From a virus (taxonomy: Duplodnaviria; Heunggongvirae; Uroviricota; Caudoviricetes), in the IMG/VR virus record IMGVR_UViG_3300029126_000078, positions 1 to 5,801 of that record: DNA of 5,801 nt; one strand, given 5' to 3'. How positions within the stretch are numbered: the first letter of the stretch is position 1; every line of letters begins with the position of its first letter. Below the pieces are notes generated by a model. It did no database searches. It saw only the letters and a list, made by a program, of their open reading frames with translations, and was not told the origin of the DNA. Below are positions 1-5,801 of this stretch, one piece after another. The translations under genes and the position numbers were made by a program.

Positions 1-398
1 CGCTCAACGGCGGCACCTTCAACGTTTATCGCCACTTCCGCAGAACCAAAACTTGCCCCAAAGACGCCGAGACCAACGGCAAAGAGCAGGGGCGATGTCA
101 GCCAGAGTGCCAGACTTAATATCATCATCCCGATCAATGCGCAGGACATCGTGACCAGGATGACATTACGTGTCCCAAAGCGTTTCACTAACCACGCCGA
201 GCAGAGAATACCGCTCATCGAACCGATCGACAGACCAAAGAGAACACCGCCCATTTCAGCGATCGAGACAGAGAGAATATCGCGGATAGCAGGCGTACGG
301 GTTGCCCAGGACGCCATTAACAGGCCTGGCAAAAAGAAGAACATAAACAGCGCCCAGGTTCGGCGTTTCAATGCATTACGTGAAGAATTTACGGTCAT
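1..398 (-). CDS. ybjJ: MFS-type inner-membrane transporter, N-terminal portion only (gene continues beyond window start)
   Basis: Minus-strand reading frame open from the ATG at 398..396 to the window edge; my hand translation begins [42 protein letters not shown]..., which is hydrophobic and TM-rich. Divergent from rcdA, as ybjJ is in E. coli K-12. Not in the ORF track because no stop lies in the window. The gene name is from recalled synteny, not a search. Confidence 0.6.
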
Positions 399-481
399 AG
401 ATCACGTCAAAATAAGAAGAGGGAAGACAACATTAGCAAGGTTGTGTACATTTGTACACAATTGCAGAGAGAGGAAATGAC

Positions 482-1018
482 ATGCGTCGCGCTAACGATC
501 CGCAACGGCGAGAAAAAATTATCCAGGCCACGCTGGAGGCGGTGAAACTTTACGGAATACATGCTGTTACGCACCGCAAAATTGCTACCCTTGCCGGGGT
601 ACCGTTGGGATCGATGACCTACTATTTTTCAGGAATTGATGAGTTGTTACTGGAGGCGTTCAGCAGTTTTACTGAGATCATGTCCCGGCAATATCAGGCA
701 TTTTTTAGCGATGTTAGTGATGCTCCGGGCGCATGCCAGGCTATCACCGATATGATCTACAGCTCACAGGTTGCAACGCCGGATAACATGGAGCTGATGT
801 ACCAGCTCTACGCGCTGGCTAGCCGAAAACCGCTATTAAAAACGGTAATGCAAAACTGGATGCAGCGCAGTCAGCAAACGCTCGAACAATGGTTTGAACC
901 CGGAACCGCCCGCGCGCTTGATGCGTTTATTGAGGGGATGACGCTGCATTTTGTCACCGACCGTAAGCCGCTATCGCGCGAGGAGATTTTGAGGATGGTT
1001 GAGAGGGTTGCAGGGTAG
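482..1018 (+). CDS. rcdA: TetR-family transcriptional regulator RcdA (YbjK), 178 aa
   Basis: Track ORF 452..1018 starts at a TTG. The ATG at 482 is preceded by GAGAGGAAATGAC (Shine-Dalgarno-like, about 7 nt spacing) and gives [49 protein letters not shown]..., with an N-terminal TetR-type HTH. Length and sequence match what I recall of E. coli RcdA. Confidence 0.85.
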
Positions 1019-1037
1019 TAGATAAATTTTAGATAAC

Positions 1038-1063
1038 AAAAAACCCATTTATGTAAACGGGTT
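1038..1063 (-). terminator. Rho-independent terminator (minus-strand orientation) ending the int/cargo transcript
   Basis: Minus-strand RNA reads 5'-AACCCGUUUACAUAAAUGGGUUUUUU-3': a 7-8 bp stem (CCCGUUU/AAAUGGG with one G-U pair), 4-nt loop, then a U6 tract. It lies about 60 bp downstream of the 1122 stop. On the plus strand the stem has a mismatch and no T-tract, so it is a weaker terminator for rcdA. Confidence 0.5.
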
Positions 1064-1067
1064 AATG

Positions 1068-1100
1068 AAAACAATAAGTTAGATTAAAACAATAAGTTAG
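1068..1100. repeat. Tandem 15-bp direct repeat AAAACAATAAGTTAG x2, candidate Int arm-type or att-proximal site
   Basis: Exact copies at 1068..1082 and 1086..1100, 3 bp apart, followed by GTTGGTGGTCAGTGGTGGTT (GGTGGT repeated). Located between the cargo gene stop and the host junction. Confidence 0.4.
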
Positions 1101-1121
1101 GTTGGTGGTCAGTGGTGGTTA

Positions 1122-1844
1122 TTACGGGGTAATGCCAACCGCTGCCGCCACTTTGTCGCCACTAGTGCTTTGTTTTTCGAATTCATCTAAGGCTCTTTCA
1201 ACATCAGAAAGATACTCTTTGAATGAGTTCAAGATCATGCTTAACGAGCCCTCCATAAATAGGACCTGTTTTCCATCTTTTTTAAAAAAATCAGGATATT
1301 TTTCTATAAGTTCAATAATGCTTTTAATATTTTGCCCATCGTTTTCTAAGTATTTTGCATCATTATGCGCACAACTGTTTCTTAATTTTGTTATTTTTTT
1401 GATATTCGAATAGTGGGATGTTGACTTCATCCCTATCATTTTTTTGATAAATAGATGGCTCCTCTCAAATCCACTTCCTTTGAGATCTGAAACATTTATA
1501 GGAGAATGATGTCTATTAGCAAAGTTGTTACAGAATTTTTCTATTTCGTGCTCAAAAATTCCGAATATAGTTAAGAATACTGACCTGCGGATAATACTTG
1601 GGTAGTATTCTAAAAACATTTCATCGAGATCTAGCGATGAGCTGGTGAGTCCCATGTAATGATCAATTGACTGATATACACCATCTTCCGGAGATATTTC
1701 AATTATATATTCTTCAGGTCCTTTGTCTTTATATTCTGCTATACCCTTAGCGATTGATGATTCGCTATGAGTGATTAACGTCTCGATAATATCAAATGTT
1801 AAGGAGAAGTCGAATATTGGGAATTGAAACAAAAACTTAACCAT
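1122..1844 (-). CDS. AT-rich cargo gene; hypothetical protein with Rx4H (HEPN-like) motif, candidate abortive-infection/defence nuclease
   Basis: Track ORF 1122..1877. I prefer the ATG at 1844 (MVKFLFQFP...) because the integrase stop TAA is followed directly by AGGT and a 6-nt spacer (TAAAGGTTCAAGC-ATG), whereas the 1877 ATG has no RBS and lies inside int. The protein contains ...KKITKLRNSCAHNDAKY... (R-N-x3-H) in the C-terminal third. The gene is visibly AT-rich compared with flanking rcdA and int. Confidence 0.6.
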   Translation of the reverse strand: MVKFLFQFPIFDFSLTFDIIETLITHSESSIAKGIAEYKDKGPEEYIIEISPEDGVYQSIDHYMGLTSSSLDLDEMFLEYYPSIIRRSVFLTIFGIFEHEIEKFCNNFANRHHSPINVSDLKGSGFERSHLFIKKMIGMKSTSHYSNIKKITKLRNSCAHNDAKYLENDGQNIKSIIELIEKYPDFFKKDGKQVLFMEGSLSMILNSFKEYLSDVERALDEFEKQSTSGDKVAAAVGITP

Positions 1845-1854
1845 GCTTGAACCT

Positions 1855-2886
1855 TTAAGAATCTGATTTAGTAACATCCAAAGTTGCTAGTGGATTGAAA
1901 CGAAGAGCTGTCTCTAAGTGATCAGGTGATAGATGAGCATAACGCATAGTCATTTTTATGTCGTGATGTCCGAGGATTTTTTGCAAAGCAAGGATGTTTC
2001 CACCCGACATCATGAAATGCGCCGCAAACGTATGACGCAGAACGTGTGTAAGTTGACCGCGAGGGAGCACGATAGACGTTTTTTCCATCACGGATAAAAA
2101 TTGAAAATAGCAGTCTGTGAAGAAATTGAACCCATCAAGCGCCATGATCTCTTCATAAAGCTCTTTACTGATAGGGATGCTTCTGTTTTTCTTCCCCTTC
2201 GTTCTTACAAAGGTAATTCGGTATTTGGTCACCTGTGATCGGGTTAGGTTTATTGCTTCTCGCCAGCGTGCGCCTGTGCTTAAGCATATCTTGACTACCA
2301 GTGCCAGAATTGGGTCCTGACGTTTGCAATCATCCAGCAGTTCAACAATCTGCTCATGGGTAAGCCATGCCATCTCTTTTTCTGCGATGGTGAATTTTCG
2401 CATGTTCTCCAGTGGGTTTGGATACGACCATTCGCCCAGGCGGGATAGTTCGCTAAAAACACTACTTAGATAGCTTTGCTCCAGGTTAATGGTGACCGGG
2501 CTGGCCCCTTTCTTCCATTTCTCGCTGAAGTAGATCTCACCTGTCAGTCGTTTATCTCGATAATGGGCAAACATTTTAGATGTGAGATCGGTTGCAAGGG
2601 GATTGCCCAGAGCGTCAACCATCAGCAGCAATTTGTCATAGACATGCTGCCCAGCAGTCAGAGATTTACCATGTAGTTTGAACCATAGCTCAACCACGTC
2701 TTTCAGGGTTCGACGATCTACTGATTCGCCCAGCCAGGGCTTTGCTTCGGTTTCTTCCATCGTGTGACGCTCAAAAGCCAGTGCTTCGCCTTTGGTGGCG
2801 AATTGTTTACGCACACGACGCCCACTACGTCCGGCGGGGTAACATTCGCAAAGCCATTTTCCTGTGGTGAGTTTTCGTACTGCCAT
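1855..2886 (-). CDS. int: Phage tyrosine integrase, P2 Int-like
   Basis: Track ORF 1855..2964. The start at 2886 (MAVRKLTTGKW...) is preceded by GGAGGG with 8-nt spacing, and the recalled P2 Int N-terminus (MAIKKL...) aligns here. The C-terminal region has ...LSTGARWREA..., ...HVLRHTFAAHFMMSGGNILALQKILGHHDIKMTMRYAHL..., consistent with the tyrosine-recombinase catalytic core (R, H-x-x-R, Y). Confidence 0.9.
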   Translation of the reverse strand: MAVRKLTTGKWLCECYPAGRSGRRVRKQFATKGEALAFERHTMEETEAKPWLGESVDRRTLKDVVELWFKLHGKSLTAGQHVYDKLLLMVDALGNPLATDLTSKMFAHYRDKRLTGEIYFSEKWKKGASPVTINLEQSYLSSVFSELSRLGEWSYPNPLENMRKFTIAEKEMAWLTHEQIVELLDDCKRQDPILALVVKICLSTGARWREAINLTRSQVTKYRITFVRTKGKKNRSIPISKELYEEIMALDGFNFFTDCYFQFLSVMEKTSIVLPRGQLTHVLRHTFAAHFMMSGGNILALQKILGHHDIKMTMRYAHLSPDHLETALRFNPLATLDVTKSDS

Positions 2887-2910
2887 AAAAAATGCCCTCC
2901 AATAGAGAGC

Positions 2911-2939
2911 ATTTTTACTGTATGTATAACCAGTGTCAA
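2911..2939 (-). promoter_or_regulatory. Candidate sigma70 promoter for int (minus strand)
   Basis: On the minus strand: consensus -35 TTGACA (plus 2934..2939), 16-nt spacer, -10 TAAAAA (plus 2912..2917; AAAAAT with a 17-nt spacer). This is about 25 nt upstream of the int RBS. An inverted repeat ATGTATG(2939..2945)/CATACAT(2958..2964) lies immediately upstream. Confidence 0.35.
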
Positions 2940-3072
2940 TGTATGAAATCTTGCGACCATACATCTCACTGAAGCCATAATGAAGTTGGCTATTTTTTGC
3001 TATGTGAGTATGTGACTTTTGCGGTTAGCCTGCGGCTCATTGTTATATTAGGCGCAGATATAAAAGCAAAAA

Positions 3073-3264
3073 TTATCGCGAGTTTTTAGTACAGATTTTT
3101 TTTGATTTACTAATAGTTCCATCATTGCAAACGAACTTTCCATCGGAGGTACAGTGAGAGACACCTCCCTTTTTCCCAGAACAAGGATAATTTTTAGCAT
3201 AGGTAGTTAGTGGGTTTAATAACAAAGAGCATGATAAAACCACAAAAAATACCTTACCAAGCAT
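3073..3264 (-). CDS. Small secreted Cys-containing peptide (63 aa precursor), hypothetical; cargo gene within the cI-int operon
   Basis: ATG at 3264 preceded by GGGAGG with 5-nt spacing, starting 15 bp after the cI stop. N-terminus [23 protein letters not shown] looks like a Sec signal peptide (basic n-region, hydrophobic core, TYA cleavage-type site). Predicted mature part is about 40 aa, Lys-rich, with 4 Cys. The gene is AT-rich. Confidence 0.55.
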   Translation of the reverse strand: MLGKVFFVVLSCSLLLNPLTTYAKNYPCSGKKGGVSHCTSDGKFVCNDGTISKSKKICTKNSR

Positions 3265-3279
3265 AGTTTCCTCCCGGTA

Positions 3280-3849
3280 TTACCTAACGTACTTAATTGT
3301 CAAACTTATAATTTTTCCAATTATTTCAACATCTTCTATCTTGCACTCGAAGGTTCTGTTTCCACCTTCAACGAAGATTCTTCCACCGGGTAAACGAGTA
3401 ATGTCGCGGATTGTTATTTCGCCATCAATACTTATTACCCATTTACCATCACGTATATCATCAAATTCTTTATCACAAATAAATTCAGAATTGTTATCTG
3501 TGATGACAAAAGGTTTTTTAAACGTAGAGGGTAGAAATCCCTTATCAAAAATATAAAAACCGTCTTCACGCAAGGCACCATCAGATAATACATATTTAGC
3601 AACTTCCATCGTATTTGTATTACCTGAAGTTTGCTTTGAACCATGTCCAGTTGTGAGCCAATTAAGCGAGGTGCCCGTTTCAAGGGCGCACTGGATTACC
3701 CATTCTGCTGGGAATGAGTCACGCATGTAGCGTGTAGCGAGTGTACTTTTAGAGATTCCTAAATGATCGCACAACGCCTGTCGAGTTTTGAATCCATAAG
3801 CTTCTACCATGCGCTCTATAGCGCCTCGTCCGCCTTTCTCCAAATTCAT
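3280..3849 (-). CDS. cI: Immunity repressor CI, phage 186 type
   Basis: Track ORF begins at a GTG (3855). The ATG at 3849 is preceded by GGAGTGACC (SD with 5-nt spacing) and gives MNLEKGGRGAIERMVEAYGFKTRQALCDHLGISKSTLATRYMRDSFPAEWVIQCALETGTSLNWLTTGHG.... The N-terminal HTH and the CALETG..L.WLLTG.G block match my recollection of 186 CI. It lies directly left of the switch region, transcribed leftward. Confidence 0.85.
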   Translation of the reverse strand: MNLEKGGRGAIERMVEAYGFKTRQALCDHLGISKSTLATRYMRDSFPAEWVIQCALETGTSLNWLTTGHGSKQTSGNTNTMEVAKYVLSDGALREDGFYIFDKGFLPSTFKKPFVITDNNSEFICDKEFDDIRDGKWVISIDGEITIRDITRLPGGRIFVEGGNRTFECKIEDVEIIGKIISLTIKYVR

Positions 3850-3860
3850 GGTCACTCCAA

Positions 3861-3914
3861 GTGAACTTTTATCTTGACGATTTCATAGTGCGATCGTATG
3901 TTTATGGTGTTCAC
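3861..3914. promoter_or_regulatory. Candidate CI operator half-sites flanking pR (inverted GTGAAC / GTTCAC)
   Basis: GTGAAC at 3861..3866 (just upstream of the pR -35) and its reverse complement GTTCAC at 3909..3914 (around pR +1). A related GGTCAC sits at 3850..3855. The placement suits repressor occlusion of pR, but the 186 operator consensus is not recalled with certainty. Confidence 0.3.
3874..3902 (+). promoter_or_regulatory. Candidate lytic promoter pR (rightward)
   Basis: -35 TTGACG (3874..3879), 17-nt spacer, -10 TATGTT (3897..3902). Positioned to transcribe apl and cII. Confidence 0.5.
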
Positions 3915-3964
3915 AAAATACAAACGATCCGTATTCGTCCTGATTAATCATCATTAAACGAGGA

Positions 3965-3993
3965 ATGTTGCATCATGAGACCTAACATTTCAA
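3965..3993 (-). promoter_or_regulatory. Candidate lysogenic promoter pL (leftward), face-to-face with pR
   Basis: On the minus strand: -35 TTGAAA (plus 3988..3993), 17-nt spacer, weak -10 CAACAT (plus 3965..3970). The predicted start is about 50-60 bp from the pR start and convergent with it, overlapping the 5' end of apl. This fits the known 186 face-to-face pR/pL arrangement, but the -10 is poor. Confidence 0.3.
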
Positions 3994-4196
3994 TCACTCT
4001 TACCACGCCTCATGTGACTATTGAACGCTATAGCGAGCTGACAGGACTGTCCATCGATACCATCAATGACATGTTGGCTGATGGACGCCTTATCCGTCAC
4101 CGTTTGCGCAAAGATAAAAAACGCGAAAAAGTGATGATCAACATAGCAGCCATGACCGTTGATGCGCTTTCAGAATGCAATCTAAACCTTAATTAG
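3975..4196 (+). CDS. apl: Apl/Cox-like small HTH excisionase and switch regulator (73 aa)
   Basis: First gene rightward of the switch. ATG at 3975 with GAGGAA upstream at a rather long spacing. [21 protein letters not shown] is an HTH-like segment typical of excisionase/Cox/Apl proteins. Position matches 186 apl / P2 cox. Confidence 0.6.
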   Translation: MRPNISITLTTPHVTIERYSELTGLSIDTINDMLADGRLIRHRLRKDKKREKVMINIAAMTVDALSECNLNLN

Positions 4197-4228
4197 TTCG
4201 ATTCTGAAATACATCAGAGGCATTGACC

Positions 4229-4738
4229 ATGTTTGATTACCAAGTTTCCAAACATCCACATTTTGATGAAGCCTGTCGTGCATTTGCACTGCGCCACAAT
4301 CTGGTGCAACTGGCAGAACGTGCAGGCATGAATGTGCAGATTCTGCGGAACAAGCTGAACCCAGCTCAGCCTCATTTATTAACCGCACCAGAAATCTGGC
4401 TGCTTACCGATCTGACTGAAGATTCAACGCTGGTAGATGGTTTTCTGGCACAGATTCACTGCCTGCCATGTGTACCGATTAATGAGGTTGCAAAAGAGAA
4501 ACTGCCGCATTACGTCATGAGCGCAACTGCAGAGATCGGACGTGTTGCAGCAGGTGCGGTATCTGGTGATGTAAAAACTAGTGCCGGTCGTCGTGATGCT
4601 ATCAGCAGCATTAACTCTGTAACACGACTGATGGCGCTGGCTGCTGTTTCATTGCAGGCCCGTTTACAGGCTAATCCTGCAATGGCGAGTGCAGTTGATA
4701 CCGTGACTGGCCTCGGTGCTTCATTCGGTTTGCTGTGA
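4229..4738 (+). CDS. cII: CII lysogeny-establishment activator, phage 186 type (169 aa)
   Basis: Track ORF starts at a TTG (4223). The ATG at 4229 is preceded by AGAGG with 8-nt spacing and gives [45 protein letters not shown]...[24 protein letters not shown]..., close to the 186 CII sequence as I recall it. Length 169 aa matches. Confidence 0.85.
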   Translation: MFDYQVSKHPHFDEACRAFALRHNLVQLAERAGMNVQILRNKLNPAQPHLLTAPEIWLLTDLTEDSTLVDGFLAQIHCLPCVPINEVAKEKLPHYVMSATAEIGRVAAGAVSGDVKTSAGRRDAISSINSVTRLMALAAVSLQARLQANPAMASAVDTVTGLGASFGLL

Positions 4739-4745
4739 GGTGCTT

Positions 4746-4946
4746 ATGCTGACGAAAGAACCATCATTTGCATCGCTGCTGGTAAAACAAAGCCCGGCAA
4801 TGCACTACGGTCACGGCTGGATCATGGGTGAGGATGGTAAACGCTGGCATCCGTGCCGTTCACAAGATGAATTGCTGGCAGAACTATCTACGAAAAAACG
4901 GGGGAACAAATGGCTATTGAAGGCGCTGCGGCGACTGTTCCATTAA
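4746..4946 (+). CDS. Small early protein (66 aa), hypothetical; occupies the fil position of 186
   Basis: ATG at 4746 preceded by GAGGTG with 5-nt spacing, 8 bp after the cII stop. MLTKEPSFASLLVKQSPAMHYGHGW.... The functional guess rests on synteny only. Confidence 0.5.
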   Translation: MLTKEPSFASLLVKQSPAMHYGHGWIMGEDGKRWHPCRSQDELLAELSTKKRGNKWLLKALRRLFH

Positions 4947-5251
4947 GCCCCGGTGAACGCCTGAATGGACTTAATCACATAGCGGAATTAAGGGCAAAAG
5001 TTTTTGGCCTGAATATTGAGTCAGAGCTTGAGCGGTTTATTAAAGATATGCGTGATCCACGGGATATCAATAACGAACAAAATAAACGAGCACTGGCAGC
5101 CATATTCTTTATGGCAAAAATTCCGGCTGAACGTCATAGCATCAGCATCAATGAGCTGACCACTGACGAAAAGCGGGAGTTGATTAAAGCAATGAATCAT
5201 TTTCGTGCAGTGGTGAGCTTATTTCCCAGACGGCTAACCATGCCGAATTAA
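4910..5251 (+). CDS. Hypothetical early protein (113 aa)
   Basis: ATG at 4910 preceded by GGGGGAACAA. Overlaps the previous ORF by 37 bp in another frame. No recognisable motif; a relation to 186 dhr by position is speculative. Confidence 0.5.
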   Translation: MAIEGAAATVPLSPGERLNGLNHIAELRAKVFGLNIESELERFIKDMRDPRDINNEQNKRALAAIFFMAKIPAERHSISINELTTDEKRELIKAMNHFRAVVSLFPRRLTMPN

Positions 5252-5318
5252 CCAACTAATGAAATTAATGGCGTAAACCCGCCGAGCATCCCTTTATCTA
5301 AATTCAGGAGAATTGATT

Positions 5319-5552
5319 ATGCGTAATATTGAGATCCTCACGACTAAAACCGGATCGGATGATGCAGGGCTTAATATTTTACTGACAGTGGCTCGTCTGG
5401 AAGAACGCCGGGCAAGGGCTGAAGCAATGGCAGCTCGCCTTGATAGCCTGGCGTGTCATATCTCATCCCGTCAGCTAAACCACGTGGAAGCGGCAGAACT
5501 GCTGCGTGTGACTGCTGAAGCAATCCAGAACGAAGCGCAGGAGATCCACTAA
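5319..5552 (+). CDS. Hypothetical early protein (77 aa), Ala/Arg/Glu-rich, likely helical
   Basis: Track ORF starts at a TTG (5313). The ATG at 5319 is preceded by CAGGAG with 8-nt spacing. Its stop overlaps the next start (TAATG). Confidence 0.5.
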   Translation: MRNIEILTTKTGSDDAGLNILLTVARLEERRARAEAMAARLDSLACHISSRQLNHVEAAELLRVTAEAIQNEAQEIH

Positions 5553-5779
5553 TGGCTGATGCAATGGATCTCGTACAGCAGCGCGTTGAAGAAGAACGCC
5601 AGCGCCATATCCGTGCTGCCCGTGCCAAAACACCGGGCGTGTCTCGCGTGCTTTGCATTGAGTGTGAAGCGCCAATTCCGCCAGCACGCCGCCGTGCCAT
5701 TCCGGGTGTGCAGCTTTGCATTACCTGCCAGGAAATTGCAGAGCTGAAAGGCAAACATTACAACGGAGGTGCTGTATGA
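5552..5779 (+). CDS. TraR/DksA-family C4 zinc-finger protein (75 aa)
   Basis: CIECEAPIPPARRRAIPGVQLCITCQ gives C-x2-C-x17-C-x2-C, the TraR/DksA zinc-finger signature. Such small proteins are common in P2-like early regions. Start overlaps the upstream stop (TAATG). Confidence 0.75.
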   Translation: MADAMDLVQQRVEEERQRHIRAARAKTPGVSRVLCIECEAPIPPARRRAIPGVQLCITCQEIAELKGKHYNGGAV

Positions 5780-5801
5780 GCACCATCCTGAAATGGGCGG
5801 G
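5776..5801 (+). CDS. Start of next early gene (MSTILKWAG..., truncated by window end)
   Basis: ATG at 5776 overlaps the TraR-like stop (ATGA) and is preceded by GGAGGTG. Only 8 codons are visible, so no product call is possible. Confidence 0.3.

Larger units (their letters stand above)
1019..5801. mobile_element. Left end of a P2/186-family prophage (partial; continues beyond window end)
   Basis: Contiguous phage module: tyrosine integrase, 186-type CI, Apl-like, 186-type CII and a TraR-like zinc finger in the P2/186 order int-cI | apl-cII. Host genes lie immediately to the left. The exact att core cannot be fixed from one junction. Confidence 0.8.

Noticed and set aside
151-480. 109-aa plus-strand ORF
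   Set aside because: Lies antisense to the ybjJ-like transporter coding region; no RBS and no recognisable protein features.
452-481. N-terminal extension of rcdA (track start at 452)
   Set aside because: 452 is a TTG with no RBS; the ATG at 482 has a good SD and matches the recalled RcdA N-terminus.
871-1074. 67-aa minus-strand ORF
   Set aside because: Overlaps the 3' end of rcdA on the opposite strand and runs through the terminator hairpin.
1102-1413. 103-aa plus-strand ORF
   Set aside because: Antisense to the AT-rich cargo gene; low-complexity product typical of a spurious frame in AT-rich DNA.
1845-1877. Longer start for the cargo gene at 1877
   Set aside because: No RBS and it would overlap int by 23 bp; the ATG at 1844 has a coupled AGGT RBS.
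2887-2964. N-terminal extension of int to the ATG at 2964
   Set aside because: No RBS; the GGAGGG-supported start at 2886 coincides with the start of similarity to P2 Int.
2476-2978. Three short ORFs (2476..2676 +, 2718..2978 -, 2764..2946 +) inside or overlapping int
   Set aside because: Alternative frames of the integrase gene; no independent support.
3341-3683. ORFs 3341..3556 (+) and 3435..3683 (-)
   Set aside because: Both lie inside cI in other frames or antisense; AT-rich spurious frames.
3850-3855. cI start at 3855
   Set aside because: It is a GTG two codons upstream of an ATG that has an ideal GGAG spacing.
4182-4388. 68-aa minus-strand ORF
   Set aside because: Antisense across the apl/cII junction; no RBS.
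5371-5758. Minus-strand ORFs 5371..5754, 5475..5687, 5549..5758 and plus-strand 5559..5747
   Set aside because: They overlap the well-supported plus-strand early genes in a GC-rich stretch where long open frames arise by chance; Arg/Ala-rich low-complexity products.
1-5801. CRISPR arrays, tRNA or rRNA genes
   Set aside because: No regularly spaced repeat-spacer array and no cloverleaf-like conserved tRNA segments were seen; the only repeats are the short tandem and inverted repeats noted above.

Overview
The window runs from an E. coli-type chromosomal locus into the left end of a P2/186-family prophage. Host part: the 5' end of an MFS transporter gene (ybjJ-like, minus strand, 1..398) and a complete TetR-family regulator that I recognise as rcdA/ybjK (482..1018). 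From about 1019 onward the DNA is prophage. A tightly packed leftward (minus-strand) lysogenic operon reads cI (186-type repressor), a 63-aa secreted Cys-containing peptide, a P2-like tyrosine integrase, then an AT-rich 240-aa cargo gene with an Rx4H (HEPN-like) motif, ending at an intrinsic terminator near the junction. To the right, a face-to-face pR/pL switch region is followed by the rightward early operon: apl-like excisionase, 186-type cII, a fil-position small ORF, two small hypothetical ORFs and a TraR/DksA-type zinc-finger protein. The most interesting elements are the two cargo genes placed inside the lysogenic operon, especially the HEPN-motif gene between int and the attachment junction, which I propose as a candidate prophage-encoded anti-phage (abortive-infection-type) function. 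All homology statements are from memory of protein families; no search was run.
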